Assembly: GCA_965649825.1 (NCBI GenBank)
Contig: OZ287699.1
Location: forward strand, 1,394,477-1,458,476
Reading direction: 5' to 3'
Source of the DNA: Penicillus capitatus
Lineage: Eukaryota; Plantae; Chlorophyta
DNA length: 64,000 bases
Made by a program: the position numbers and the translations under genes
Notes under the pieces: generated by a model
Database searches by the model: none
Seen by the model: only the letters and a program-made list of their open reading frames with translations
Told to the model about the DNA's origin: nothing
In this document: positions 34,044-47,771 of the stretch, piece by piece
Layout: each line of letters starts with the position of its first letter
Numbering within the stretch: position 1 is the first letter of the stretch

Positions 34044-36184
34044 ATGAAAGTCCAATACATCTTCTCTTTGGGCGTCGTGATTCTTCTCTCGGTAAGTCCC
34101 AGCGCACACCGTTGACTGTCGTTTGCGCGTTCGGTGCTGTCGATTCGCATGCGGAAGTCGCCGTGAAGTTACTCGGGTGTTGAACTGTGTTTGTTTCTGC
34201 AGGCCACGTCCGCGTCCGCGTTCGGCTACAAGAAGGACAAAATCGAAAACTTTAAACCCGCGACCGGTATGCGGCTCTTCATGTGCTACTACGAGGTTTG
34301 CTAACCGTCTTTTCAGGTTGTGGAGAATGTCCTCACGGTCAAGTCTGCGCCGCCGTGTGGAAAGACATTTGCGTTCCAGGCGAAACGAAGGACGACTGCA
34401 AGACCGCCCCGCTGTGCGTCGCCGGCGACGGATATGGAAAACATTGCCACGAAGTTGACGTGAAGGTCTGCCCTGACCCTGTCAAGGATTGCAAGACAGT
34501 CGACGTCAACGAGTGCAAAAACGTCCCGCGCAAAGAGTGCAAAAACGTGAAGGAGCAGAAATGCGAGACCAAGAAAACCGAAGACTGCTACTACGCCGAC
34601 AAGGACGTCTGCAAAAAGGTGCCTGAGGAAAAGTGCGACTACGTGAAGAAGCCTGTCTGCACGGACAAACCAGTGGAGAAGTGCCACGACGTTCCTGAGC
34701 AAAAATGCATAAAGGTCCCCAAGGACGAATGCAAGAACGTACCTGAGAAGGTCTGCAAGAAGAAGAAAGTCGACGATAAGTGTGAGGTCAAGCCTCGTAA
34801 AGAGTGCGTATCCAAAAAAGAGAAAGTCTGCAAGACTGTCCCTCGTAAGGAGTGCAAAGCAGTCACGAAGCAAAAGTGCGAGAACAAGAAGGAGAAGGTT
34901 TGCAAAAAGGTCCCTGAACAGAAATGTGTGGACGACTATGAAAAGGTCTGCACCGATGAATACAAAGACGTCTGCAAAGACTACAAGCCTCCATGCGTAA
35001 AGAAACAACGAAAGGAGTGCAAAAACGTCAACGAAGAGAAATGCGAGGATGTCAAGGAGCACGTCTGCGAAAAGGTACCTGAGGAGAAGTGCGATATCAT
35101 CAAGAAGCCTATTTGCGAGAAAGTCGCTCAACAGAAATGCGAAGACGTTCCTAAGAAAGTCTGCAAGGACGTTACCAAGGAAGTCTGTGCCTACGTGAAG
35201 AAAGAAGTCTGCGGTGATGGAGGTCATCGTCGCCTCAACGGCTTCTTCGACTTCAAGAACAAGGATGAGAAGAAGTGTGAGTACAAAGACGTCAAAGAAT
35301 GCAAACCATCGACCACAAAGGAGTGCTACGACGTCAAGGAGAAGAAATGCACGACGGTGTACGTCGACAAATGCGACTACAAGGACGAGAAGAAGTGCGA
35401 GACCGTGTACAAGGATAAGTGTGAGTACAAGACGGTGCCGAAGTGCAAGAATGTCTCCACGCCCAAGTGCACCTACGTCGACGACGAATATTGTCCTCCA
35501 GTCGAGAAAAAGTGTGAGAAAGTGAAAGTGCCCAAGTGCGAAGACGTCAAGAAACCAAAATGCGAGACGGTTTACGCCGACAAGTGCGAGTACGTCGACA
35601 AAGAGCACTGCACTCCCTACAAGGAGAACGTTTGCGAGACCGTGCAAAAGGAAGAATGCAGATACGAGAGCAAGCCACACTGCACCTACGTCGACAAGAA
35701 AGAATGCGTCCCTCAGTACGAAGATGTGTGTGACTACGTCGACAAGAAGGTCTGTGAAAAGACATACGTCGATAAGTGTGATACCGTATACAAGAAAGAG
35801 TGCAAGACAGAGTATGTCAAAGACTGCACCGAGAAAGAAGAGAAGAAGTGCGTGACAATCTATGTCGACAAATGCGAAAAGAACAAGGAGAAAGTGTGCA
35901 AACCTGTCGAGAAGCCTGTTTGCCACGAAGTTGAGAAGCCTGTCTGTACGATCGTGGATCGCAAGGAATGCAAAATCGTGAAGCAGGAGAAGTGCGTCGA
36001 CAAGAAGCCGGAATGCAAATACGTGAAACAACAGAAATGCGACGATGCTAAGCCAGTCGCATGCGGATCTGTCTACTGCAAAGCAGGGGAGAAGTGCGAA
36101 CAGAAGCAGGTCTGTAAGAAGGTCGCTGGAGAGAAGTCCTGCACCAAGAAAGAAGTTCCTGAGTGCAAATCTCTCTACAACTGA
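34044..36184 (+). CDS. Secreted Cys/Lys-rich octapeptide-repeat protein, copy 2 (3 exons)
   Basis: ATG 34044 MKVQYIFSLGVVILLS, same exon structure as copy 1, near-identical repeat exon; TGA at 36182-36184. Confidence 0.9.
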
Positions 36185-36628
36185 AAATCGCGATAACACA
36201 TATCCATTTCTTTCAACGAGAGTTCATACGTCGAACGATTTGATTGTATAACCATATGATTTGTGTGACGAGTTTTTTGTTTGAGTGAATACTATCTCAT
36301 TCTTGATTCTCGTCCAAGTCTCCAATAGTGTTAGGATATATGACACCTCTTTCGTTACCTTGACTTGCCTCTACACAATTGTTATCCGTGCTTGTGAACA
36401 TTGACTGCATTATGGGACATGTGCCCCAGATATGTGTGGAGGTCATAGTCTCGGTTGTAAACAAGGTGTGATCCAGCTGTTGCACGATCGAACTGTCCCA
36501 TCGCCCGACGATCGAAACAAACATCTAACAACACTTGCTCATTTGAAGTGACAGCGCCGACACTTGACGATTATTTTTGGCGCGGTTTTGGTTTCGCGCT
36601 GCCTCTATTACGTCTTTTCCATTCTCAA

Positions 36629-39384
36629 ATGTCTCGCCGCGCCTCAGACGCCACATCAAGGCGTCGTTCCAGCATCCCAGACCTCATGCGCCGACACTCC
36701 TCGTTGTTGGTACGTGCAGACTCACTCCATAAACGTCGTCGTTCACGAGACCTATCCTTCTCCGCATCAGGCTTCGTTGACGAGTGACGTTGAGAGAGAA
36801 AGACGCCGCAGTGAACGTCGGTACTTAACACACTTCAATCGAACGTTTTCGGACCTGTGCGTCCCTCCTCTGTAGCCAGAGCACCACCGATCTCGAAAAG
36901 GAGTTTCCCAATCTTCGAGCAAGTCTTCGGCGAAGTACCTGTCAGAGTATCATGGAAGAAGAGACACAGTCTCTATCTCTGGAAGAGCTCGAGCAACTCG
37001 TCTCGTCAGCTTCCTTTCAGGTTCTCCGCTAAAGCGTCGCGTGTAGTTAGAGAACTGTACGAAGCTTACAAGGGATAATCAGCTGACGGAAGGGAGACTG
37101 TGGGGATTGGCATTGCCACAGCACATGCCAGACCTTGTCCGGCAGAACACAGATCAGGCCGCCTTCAATTTTCAGAAGGTCGTGCCGAATGTGGCTATGG
37201 TGGATGCTGTATGGCGTTTGCCTAACAGGTGAGTTTTGGATTGGATGCCGCTGTACAGATCTATTCCAAGAGGGTCGACAGCATGCACAATGCCGCACTC
37301 GATACCCGTTCGCGTCTATCCACTCAGCAGAAACAGAAGGAAACGGACTCGGCTGAAGAAACGAGGCCGACGACGGCAAGCACAGCAACAGCACGCCGAC
37401 GTGCTCGACGACATTCAGAGTTTGGGGGAGATTCGACATTGGCTTCCAATCTGGAGGCGATCACGATCAAAGGAGATGCAGAAGACAGCATTCCACTGGA
37501 TCCCCTTTTCCACAAGACGTCGGCGCTGTTTGATGCCGGTGGCTTCAAAGGTGTCATGGATGATAGGGATGCATTCCTTCAGTCGTGCGTGTGTTTCTCA
37601 GGTCTACCAACACTCAATCTAGGAATGAAGAAAGGTGGCCGATACTTCTTAGACATGGCCGAGATTCCGCATCCGTCTGTGCATCAGACCTGTCATCTTC
37701 CTCAGGAGCACAAGGTCATATCGATCACTCTGTGAAGAATAGTGGGTCGATGGAGTGTCCTGGATGCTGTAGTTGAATCCAGAAGCGTTCGGAATTCAGT
37801 TTGAGCCTTTGTACGAGATTCGGCAAATTGCGCCATCTAATGTTCAGCTCTATCGTCTACTTGAACGTCCTGACCAGAGCCACGACGTTCGAGATCTCAT
37901 CCGACGCGGAAGTATGATGGACAGCTGTCTGAAGGATCTCTGTTGACAAAGGACATGTGGTTTGAGTGAATGCTGTGGCACTGACGGCACAGGAAGTGGA
38001 TACAAAAGATCCAGAACAGACATCGCATCAAGAGATTCCGCAGAACGGCATGTCAGACAGCGGATTCGAGGCAAACGTCGATCTTCCAATCACCGATGAC
38101 ATGAACGGATGCGAGCTGTATGTGGAGGAATCTGTTGATTTGCCAAGTACCTTCTCTCTATCAAATCTTGCCCGTTATCTGCTTTTATTCTCACAGACAG
38201 TGCTGAATACGATGTGCTGCTGCCACCTGAGGATGAGATGGATCACGACTGTCGAGGTGACCACAACGTCATGCTCTGATCGCTTTCCATTGCATGGGTT
38301 GATATCCAGATGAAGTGGATGGCGTTCAGATACCGGGAACGAGTGGAGAGGGAGAGGGAGAAGATCCTCCGACGTTTGCGTTTGACACAGAGATACCCAC
38401 AGAGGACGATGATACACAGGTATCGAGTGCACGTTTCTTTGGCATTGCTTGATGCTTTCTCGTTTCTTGGCAAGTTGAATCTGTTGGATGAAGAGACGAT
38501 CAGTTGGCTTTTGGATGCCAAGTTCGATAAGGGAATGAGTAAAGGTCGTTCTTGGACAGGGGCATCGCACTGGAAGTATCCACAAGCGGCCAACAGACCC
38601 CGATTCGAAAGAGATTCCGTCACTAGACAACGTCGGCGGTGCGATCCCTCTCTCGAAAGCATGGCAGTTTCACACGTGGCGATGCAGGGAACCGAAGACC
38701 AGTGTCGACTTCGTGCATCTTCCAGACACCGATCTCTCAAAGTTCAAGAAACCAGAGAAAGAGAACGCGATCACGATGCCCTTCAAAGAGGATGTCAACT
38801 TTCTGCTTCCAACAGACTACAGATACAATGTTCGTCCGGCGCCAGTACGAGATGGGCAGCATTTGAATCGCTGTTCCTGTGCGCAGGCCTCTTTCTTGCT
38901 TCAACTGCCTTTGCTGCCTTCTGTCAGACCACGGGATTGGCTATGGAAGTGTTGCGCATCTAACAGCCACCATTTCTATGCCGACAGAGAGGCCATGCCC
39001 ATAGATGACGATACACAACATATGGAGATGATGGACAACTGGGAACACGACGTCCATGAAGAGAATGACGACTTTGATTTTGATCTGATTCAAGCACCAC
39101 CTCCTCAGATCGAGGAAGACGTATTTCATGTCGAAGCTGTACCAAAACGCGTCAACATGCAACATCTCAAAACACAGTTGTGGTCGAAGATCGAGGCTCG
39201 GAGACGAGAACAGCAAGAGATTGCGTTTGAAGACATTATCCCCGAGTTGATCGAGAGTTTAGACGTCTCCTTCGGTGTCTGTTTTGCATGTTCTCTCCAT
39301 CTAGCCGTGGAACATGGCTTCCACATCGTCAACCATTCAGACGGCAAAGCCTGTTTCGTTCTAAACAATTCGATGCAACCATGA
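36629..39384 (+). CDS. NCAPH: Condensin I kleisin subunit H (Barren/CAP-H), multi-exon
   Basis: LENCTKLTRDNQLTEGRLW, NFQK/VSFGLDAAVQIYSKRVDSMH, DPLFHKTSALFDAGG; C-terminal KRVNMQHLKTQLW and CFACSLHLAVEH. Confidence 0.9.
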
Positions 39385-40211
39385 CAGCAATAGAAGGATG
39401 TGCAAAGAAGACGGACGCTCTGTACGAATAAATAGTGTGGGTACAAAGCCTGTTTTTAAGCATAGATGGATGTTCTTGAAATCTTACCAAACGGTGGCGT
39501 CAAGTCTTTTAGCCATGGTTTTGATTTGTCGTTCAGGTCCAAGCGTATGCATCTGTGTCTTTTCAGAGGCGATGCGTTTCATTGGGGTCTGTTCCCGCTT
39601 AACGCCCTCCACCAATTGGCGGCTCGGTATTGCTGGAATGGAAGATGCGCCGTAAGAGACATCTGCTGGCACATTTGAGTGTACCGGAATCTTTGGTGCT
39701 CAAAAAGTGACGTCCTCCAAGACCCAAAGCACCGACTCTTCTCAAATGATGTCCTCCGTGTAATGTACTTAGTTAGAGACGCTGAGGAGCCTTTCTTTCG
39801 CAGGAAGCACCAGAGATGTATAGAAGGCACCACTGACAGTGACTCTCTGAGAACTGAGTGGCTCTCCTGGAGATCGTGAACTTCTGGGCCGTGTCTAAAG
39901 CTTTGAGATGACCTGCAAGAACGCGACCCTCAAGAGTATTATGTTTGAATCGCGGGCCGAGTGCAGATAGATAGAGCGAGGACTTGAGTAAGAAGGTAGT
40001 TGACTGGTTGACGGACGAGATCCGTTCTCTGCCTGACATCTTGACAGATTTCTCATGTCGGTGTCGGTCAGTCCGACGATCGACACATCCCGTAAGATCG
40101 CGCGGCGTTGTCGCGCCGCGTCGAAGAGCAATACGAATCGTCACCGTCGAAAATCAGATGTCACACAATGGCGATCTGTATGTAACGTCAGACAGAACAG
40201 ATGCATTGTCG

Positions 40212-40231
40212 AATCAATCAATCAATCAATC
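40212..40231. repeat. (AATC)5 microsatellite
   Basis: Five tandem AATC units read directly. Confidence 0.85.
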
Positions 40232-40623
40232 ACCAGACCGGCTTTCCTTAACTTGAGCGAGGAAATGGTCACCTTCTGTACGCGTCTACTCTAACAGATT
40301 GTCCGAAACACGATAATACGATTCGATACTAATTCCGATTCACAGAGTCAGGTCGCTGTCAAAAACGCAGACATGCAGTAGAGCATTCATTCCTGAGGGA
40401 AATGGCTCCTTGTCGACGCTGTATGCTGCTGCCTTGTGGAGACAGCACCATTTCGGTGCTCATCGCATAAGTGCTTCTGCTTAGGGGGTGGGTCAAAGAA
40501 ATGAAATTTGTCCAAAAGATTCCCATAACCGAATCTGCCATCCACACACAGATATGGACGCATCATGAGTTCACGAGTTTCGGCTCTGAGTCGGTTCGTT
40601 TATCTGCTGTGGTTGGTATCGAA

Positions 40624-41762
40624 TCAAAGGAGAGGCATATCATTTCTGTAACTCTCCAAACGGTTCTCAAACTTCTCTGTCTCAAGGGTCGGCCATACCT
40701 AAGACAACAACAGAGATTCTGTCGGTGGACGTATGTAGCAGACAGATAGGGCAGTACAAGAGAAAGATTGTCAGAAATGGCACGGAGGATGTTTTCGGTC
40801 TCCGGTTGCATCTTCAGATCACTTGCCAATGGTTTTGGCTTGTCGCCCAACAATACACGCATACACTGGTCAACACAGGCCGACACTTGAAGAACATTGT
40901 ATCCTCCTTCCAGCACGAGAACCGTTTTGGAGTTCAATTGCAACAAACGGTTTGTCATGTGTGCAAATCCATTGGGAGTAACAGAAAGGCCGCCTAACGG
41001 ATCGTGCATCACGGCATCGAATCCAGCGGAAACAAGAATGATATCGGATTGAAAAGCAGCGATCAGAGGTTGTACAATACACTCAAAAGCTGCCAAATAA
41101 TCTGCATCGCCAAATCCTCCTCTTGGCCAAGGGATATTGACATTGAAGCCATATCCATCTCCCTCTCCGATCTCAGCCACGGTACCCGTTCCAGGATAGA
41201 AGTCACCTCCTCGGTGCAAAGAGATGTAGAGGACGTTGGGATTGTTGTAGAATCCACTCTGCGTTCCATTGCCATGGTGTGCATCCCAGTCCACAATCGC
41301 AACCCTTTGACACAATGATGTTTCCTGCAGGGCCTTTGCTGCCGCAATGGCAACGTTATTGAAGAAACAGAATCCGCAGCAATGGGATGGTTCTGCATGG
41401 TGTCCCGGGGGTCGTACCAAAGCGAAAGCATTGTCCAAAGCACCATGCATCACAGCATCCATGGCTTGAAGGGCGCATCCTGCTGAAAAAACAGCGCTCT
41501 CTAATGTCGAGTCTTGACACCAGTATACGTCCGCATCTTCATCGATCTCTCCAGATTCAATGTGAGCCACATGCTGCGGTGTGTGAAACAGAAGAAGTTC
41601 GGCAGTCAAGGCCGGACGGGATTCCAGACGAAAACAACGCGGCAGAGTCCCTTCGCGCTTGAGTCTCTCGTAAGGGACAATGGTTCGACCGGGACGTTCA
41701 AGGTGTCCCGGTTGCTTGTGTGTCAACATGGTTTCGTCATAGACAAAACCGACGCGCGGCAT
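40624..41762 (-). CDS. Class II histone deacetylase family protein
   Basis: VGFVYDETML, HLERPGR, RPPGHHAE, GFCFFNNVA, VDWDAHHGNGTQ, SAGFDA, LEGGY. Start placed at MPRVGF; one 3' intron inferred. Confidence 0.9.
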
Positions 41763-42055
41763 GCCCTCGAGCCAACTCTGAGGTCGCGTGTAGCGTGTCC
41801 ATGTCGGACGGAGCCTTGTACGACACCTTGGCGAGAGCCTCAGTGACTCGAGATGGCCAGAAACGACGTTGAGCGATTCGTCGAACTGCACAAACGGCGC
41901 GAGAGATGGTGAGGCAGCGGTGTCGCTTCGAGCATCGATTTCGACCCGCATCGGTTTGGATTGCGTGAAGGGCTACGGAAATGCGTCATCCTATCCAGCA
42001 TGTGATGTGACGTTTGATGTGGTTTTTGAATCGTTCGTTTGAACAGTAACGACCA

Positions 42056-45000
42056 ATGGATGGCCAGTGGACGTCTACTCCATTGACACCGCCACGCGGC
42101 GTTCTCCTCGACGAAGTGCACAAGTTGACGCAGCCACTGTGCACAGCATCGACGACCGAACCGCTTTCCAGTCATCAGCTGCTCAAATTTGGAAAGGAGA
42201 CATTTGATGGCGAAGGGGAACGGGACGAAGCTAACAGAGGTGCCAAAGAGAAGGAGATCGTTTCACATCCTGTCAAAAATTTGAGAGCAGAAGAGCGTCC
42301 GCGATGGAGAGGAATTCCGATATCCCTGCTGGCGAATTCCATGACGCTTGGTCACTCTTTTTTCGCTTACCGTGTGATCGTCGTGTGAATACGGACTGAA
42401 CAGGATTGGGTGGATCTATCATCTACCTTGGTCGCAAATGGAACAAACTCCATTTGGCGCCTGGCACGGTTGGCGGATTCGTCATCGGCCTCCTCTGGGG
42501 AATGCGATACTGTCGTAAGTACAAGAGAAACAGGTGAGCAGTCTTGCTGGGTGAATGTACTGCTTTGCGGAGAGTCTGTGACTGCTAAGGCGAATAAAGG
42601 CGTTGCAGAGTGAGATCATGGGTCTGCCTCTGGGCGAAAAGGGACTTTTTCAAGTGGCACGTCCAGCAGAACATCGGATCCCATCGTCCGAACGTATCGA
42701 CTACATTACACATGTTTTGGAACAGATGTGGCGCGTCTATGACCCCATTCTCTGTCGATGGTGACAACATCGGCTCTCGGAGATGCTATCGATCCATGGA
42801 TGCATGCTTCTCTGTGACAGGATTATCGATTTCCTCAATCCCATGTTGGAAGAATTGAAGCCGCAGTTTATTCGTCGCATTCATTTTTCAAGTCTGACAT
42901 TTGGCAGTATCCCGTTCAACATCACAGAGGTCCGCGTGGTGCAAGAAGATGCAGATGCGTTTGTGATTGATGCCGGCGTGCGGTAGCACATACCTCTTTC
43001 ATCTGCAGGATCCAGCATGTGTGCATACTCTGCTCTCAGGTGGCATGGAAATGCAGATGTTGCCATCATGATCGAGGCGCGTGGCGGCAGTGTTCTCCGT
43101 CCCAAGTTCAAGAGATTTAATTTTACTGGCAATGCACGTATCGCTTTTACACCCCTTGTTCCGCATTTCCCTGGATTCGGTGCCATGACCATCTCTCTCC
43201 AATCGACGCCTACTGTTCGACTGTCCCCTGTGAAGAATGTTTCTGTCGAGATGCTGTGTTCTTAGGTAGACTTCAGTCTAGAGATTCATCAGTCTATGTT
43301 GTCTTTCGTGGGAGATCAAGTGCGACAGTTCTTGTCGTCCTTTGTGACGGACCACATCTTCGGGACGGTTCTGGTGTGGCCAGCTCGGATTGTGGTAAGC
43401 CATTGGATCACGATAGTGTTCTCTGGCACAGAACAGCTGAATCTCTAGATTCCCATCTTACCTGAGACACAGAGGGGGAACTTGGATCATCTTGAACTGC
43501 ACACCCGCGGGGTCCTACGGGTCTTGGTCGTGGAAGGCAAAGGCATGGGATCCGGAGAAAACCACAACGGATTTGACAACTACGTCAAACCATTCGTCGT
43601 CTTAGAAACGGTTCCTTTGCAGCCCATCAGCACCAAGGCATCTCATTAACCGATGTTCTCCGACCTGCACGACATCGATCTTCTGACTTCAGGTTCTGCC
43701 AGATGGCTATCATCCAGTATGGAAGGAGGAGCATTTCCTCAAAGTCCAAGAACTGGAGCAGGTACTTGCCGTGGGTTATTGCTCGTCAGTTGCTGTCCGT
43801 CAACAATTGGATGTGCGTTTTGTCTAGTAGCGTCTGAAAGTGGAACTGTTTGATGATCATTATGATCCAGCTGTCCCATCTGTTTCCAGCGCCCAGCGCC
43901 ATGGAAGAAAGATTGGAAGCGTCTCCATTCCTCTCAAGTCCTGTCCTGCTGGGAAGACCGTTGACAAATGGTTTAGCTTGGATGGCGTGGAGGAGTCCTC
44001 CAACACAGCAGTACGCAGCAAACACCACGGCCAAGACCTTCTGAGTGAAATGTGGTACTTGGACAAGGTCACACATACCCTTCAGCGCAATACGACATGA
44101 CTGATGCCTGTCCTGTCCCGATCCCAGAGCTCGAGTTCGGATGTGAAACTGAGACTGTGTTTGACGTACATGCCTGTGGAAGAACTGCGTCAGGGACGAC
44201 TGTTCTTGGAGCAACCTCGCAGACGGATGTCATCTTCACATTATGGACTTCTTTTTGTTCGCCTTCTCAGGTATCTCTCATCTCGTGAACAGTGATGTGA
44301 CGGACAGTGGTGGTCGTGACAGGGGATACAATCTCCAGAATGTCGACTTCCTTTCATTATCAGACCCCTTCTGTGTTCTGTCGCTTAACACACTCCATCC
44401 CAAAAGATCGAGAACAGCGAGAAACACCCTCGATCCGGAGTGGAGAGAAAACTATGAGTGGTTTAATGTCTGCGTCAAAGACACCCTCTTCATCGAAGTC
44501 TCTATCCATACTTCCGTGGAACCAACTGCCTCTGGAGCAACACTTGTTCTGTGCAGGTCTTTTCAGAAGGAAAGATGGTCGATACACCGATCGGCTACAT
44601 CAAGATCCCTATCTTATCCATTGCTAAGGAGTGTGAACGTGATGCGAAGCCGGTGGATGCTATTCTGCCATTGACGGATGGAGGAGGTGATGTTCATGTT
44701 GAGTTGGATTGGGTACCGCTTGACAGCAATCTGACAACGGTCTGTCACATCACCGTCCTATACACCTGGTTTCCAGAATCTCCCTATAGCGAGCATCGTC
44801 GGAAGGAATGTGCCTTCGAGCGCTTCATCCAACTTCGCCGCGTGGGAATCTGTTTATCCAACTGAGATGGGCAGATGGGATCAGAAATGTGGGATTCTTT
44901 GGACTGAGTGATCCTTATTGCATTCTCAAGGTCAGCTACCTCATAAAGGAGCGCTCTCGTTGGGTGTACCATTGCGATGGCGACAGGTGAAGGGCAATGA

Positions 45001-45451
45001 GCGAAGATCCCAAGTGATCAACGACACCTTGAGTCCAGTCTGGAATGAGGAATTTGTATGGGAAAGTGTTCAACGGAGCGATCACCTCGACATTGATGTC
45101 TGGGCACGGGGCTCACTGCATGACACATTCCTATGCAGATTCCAGTCATCCATCGAGAGAGCCATCAAACAAGAAGGCACGTTGCCCGATGTCGATGAGC
45201 CTATGTAGTCCCTGATCCTCCCGCCTGTGGTTTTAGGTGTCGTACAGGAACTCTCGGAGCCACTGCTTCAGAGAGATGGCACTCCTTTTGGCAACCTGAC
45301 TTTTCAGATCATGTGGGAGCGTCTTGCCCCGGGATCGGTTCGCCACCGACGAGATCTGATCTCTCCCGTTTGGCCAACACCAGCAGCCCCCGCTCCCATA
45401 ACGAAGAGAAAATCTTTCTATGGCTTTCTGTTTCGGCGTCTTGAGCATTAG
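42056..45451 (+). CDS. Synaptotagmin/extended-synaptotagmin-like protein (TM + SMP + at least 3 C2 domains), multi-exon
   Basis: TM near 42400-42520; SMP segments IHFSSLTFGSIP and FTGNARIAFTPLVPHFPGFGA; C2 motifs GVLRVLVVEG, SDPFCVL, SDPYCIL, TLSPVWNEEF. Two GC-AG introns. The start codon is tentative. Confidence 0.85.
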
Positions 45452-45545
45452 CTGTCACATCATTGACATCTTCATGCGCCACCGCTACATCATCCCATCG
45501 AACAACGTTTTGTGTGCTTATCATTGCTGTTGCGGGTCAACGCTA

Positions 45546-47599
45546 ATGAGTTCGATTCCATACGGACTCACCGGTCTACTCAAAGAAGGCTATAAACTCT
45601 ATGCTGGTGTCAGCGATGTGGTGAAAAAGAATATCAATGCCTGCCGAGAGCTGTCGCAGATCACGAAGACGTCGCTCGGTCCCAACGGTGCACCTCGCGA
45701 GACACATACGGTGTATGTATGAGTGGGATGACGGCGGCAGGGATGAGCAAGATCGTCATTAACCATTTGGACAAGCTCTTTGTTACGAGCGACTCGAATA
45801 CCATCGTCACAGAGCTTGACGTCTATCATCCCGCCGCCAAAATTGTGGCAATGGCTGCCAAGGCGCAGCAACAGGAAATAGGAGATGGCACGAATACGGT
45901 ATGTCACAAGAGGCTGTCTCATCGAGTTGCTGAGAGAAAGAGTGAGGTGACAGGTGATTTCGTTAGCAGGCGAGCTGCTCAGTCTGGCAGAGAGTCTACT
46001 TCAGGATGGACTGCACGTGTCAGAAGTGGCAGATGGCTACAAGAAAGCATCAAAGAAAGTGCGCCAGACAACATACCTCTTCTCTCTTCCCTGCATCTGT
46101 AATATCTATGCAGGCTTTAGAGATGCTCGAGTCTTTAGTGATACCTGAATCAAGTGACTGCGATGTTCGAAACAAAGAGAAGGTGTCAAGAAGGGAAAAC
46201 AGCATCGGAAATCATTTCCGTCGAATGTTGCTGGCGTAGGTGGCAGCTTTGTTGTGGGCGAGTGTGTCGAGCAAACAGAGTGGATATGAATCCCTGTTGT
46301 GTCCATTGGTGGCCGAGGCATGCATCAATGTCTGTCCCAAGAATCCACACAACTTTGACGTGGACAATGTTCGCGTGTGCAAATTGATTGGTGGCAGTGT
46401 CCATGATACCACCGTCGTGAAAGGAATGGTTTTCAAACGCGAATCTGAAGGCATCATCAAGAGAATAGAGAATGCAAAAGTCGCTGTCTTTGCTCAAGGT
46501 CCTGCAGATTTCTTGCCTGGCACCATCGAATGCGGATCGTTCTCTGTTGCAGGAGTGGATACAAACACCACAGAGACGAAGGGAACCATACTGATTAAGA
46601 GTGCCGAGGAGCTGGAATCTTATGCGTCATCAGAAGAGGCAAAACTCGAATCCTATATAAAGGTAGAGAAAACGACAAAGCAGCCGTGTGCGAAGTGGTC
46701 GTCTGGATGCAGGATATCATATCGACTGGGGCAAAAGTCGTCGTGAGTGGATCATCGATCGGCGAAATGGCTATGCATTTCTTGGACAAACATGGTATCA
46801 TGGTTCTGAAGATCACATCGAAGTTCGAATTGAGGCGCCTCTGTCGTGCCACAGCTGCAACGGCTCTCTCTTCCTTCAGGTCTCCCTGCACCGCACTGCC
46901 TCGCCTGAATGCGTTTTCTGCCAGAGCTCCCTTGGCAGATGAGCTGGGCTATGTGAAGGAAATGTATGTGGAGGAGATCGGCGATACTGAATGCGTCATT
47001 CTGCGACAGGCGTCTGAGGCCGAGTGCGATATCTCGACCATCGTTCTGCGTGGAAGTACCAATGCGATTCTGGATGATATTGAACATGCCATTGATAATG
47101 CTGTCAACAATTACCGTGTTCTCTGCAAAGATTCGAGGACACTACCTGGCGGAGGGGCAGCAGAGATTGAACTCGGTCGATCGCTGGCAGAGTTCGGCCG
47201 CAAACAGACAGGACTGGATCAGTATGCCATTGCCAAGTTTGCCGAAGCATTGGAAATCGTACCCCGTATGTTGGCCGAGACATCGGGCTTCGATGCGACC
47301 GATGTTGTCTCGGCCGTTCAAGCAGCCCACTCCGGAGGAGAGACGGTGACAGGTGTCGATGTCCAAACTGGCACGCCAAAGGATCTGACCAAGGACAATA
47401 TCTACGATCTCTATCAGACGAAGTGGTGGGGAATCAAGCTCGCAACAGACGCTGTCGTCACTGTATTGAAGGTGCGGCTATGGTGTGATGATGTTGAGTG
47501 ATCGTTGGTTGGTGATAGGTGGATCAGATCATAGTGGCGCGTCAGGCTGGAGGACCGAAGCCCAGAGGGCAGCCTGGTGGATGGGATGATCAGGACTGA
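45546..47599 (+). CDS. CCT8: T-complex protein 1 subunit theta
   Basis: MSSIPYGLTGLLKEGYK, TSLGPNG, HPAAK, GDGTN, ITSKFELRR, LPGGGAAEIE, VLK/VDQIIVARQAGGPK. Confidence 0.97.
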
Positions 47600-47771
47600 G
47601 ATCCGAGCGTATGCCAAAAGTAGTTTTACGATATCAATGACGAATGTAAGAAACGGGAATCTCCAATAATCCAAGAAAGTGCACGGTGGTGCCAATCCGA
47701 CGCCTTAGAAAGATAAAGGGCCCATCAAAAAAATCTAAAAATCAGGAGAAACCCCACGTTGTGACAGCCTC

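Noticed and set aside
34313-36199. 628-aa antisense ORF over copy 2
   Set aside because: Same shadow effect as copy 1.
39484-40144. Possible minus-strand gene between CAP-H and HDAC
   Set aside because: Short ORFs in different frames, no recognisable motif and no consistent splice model.
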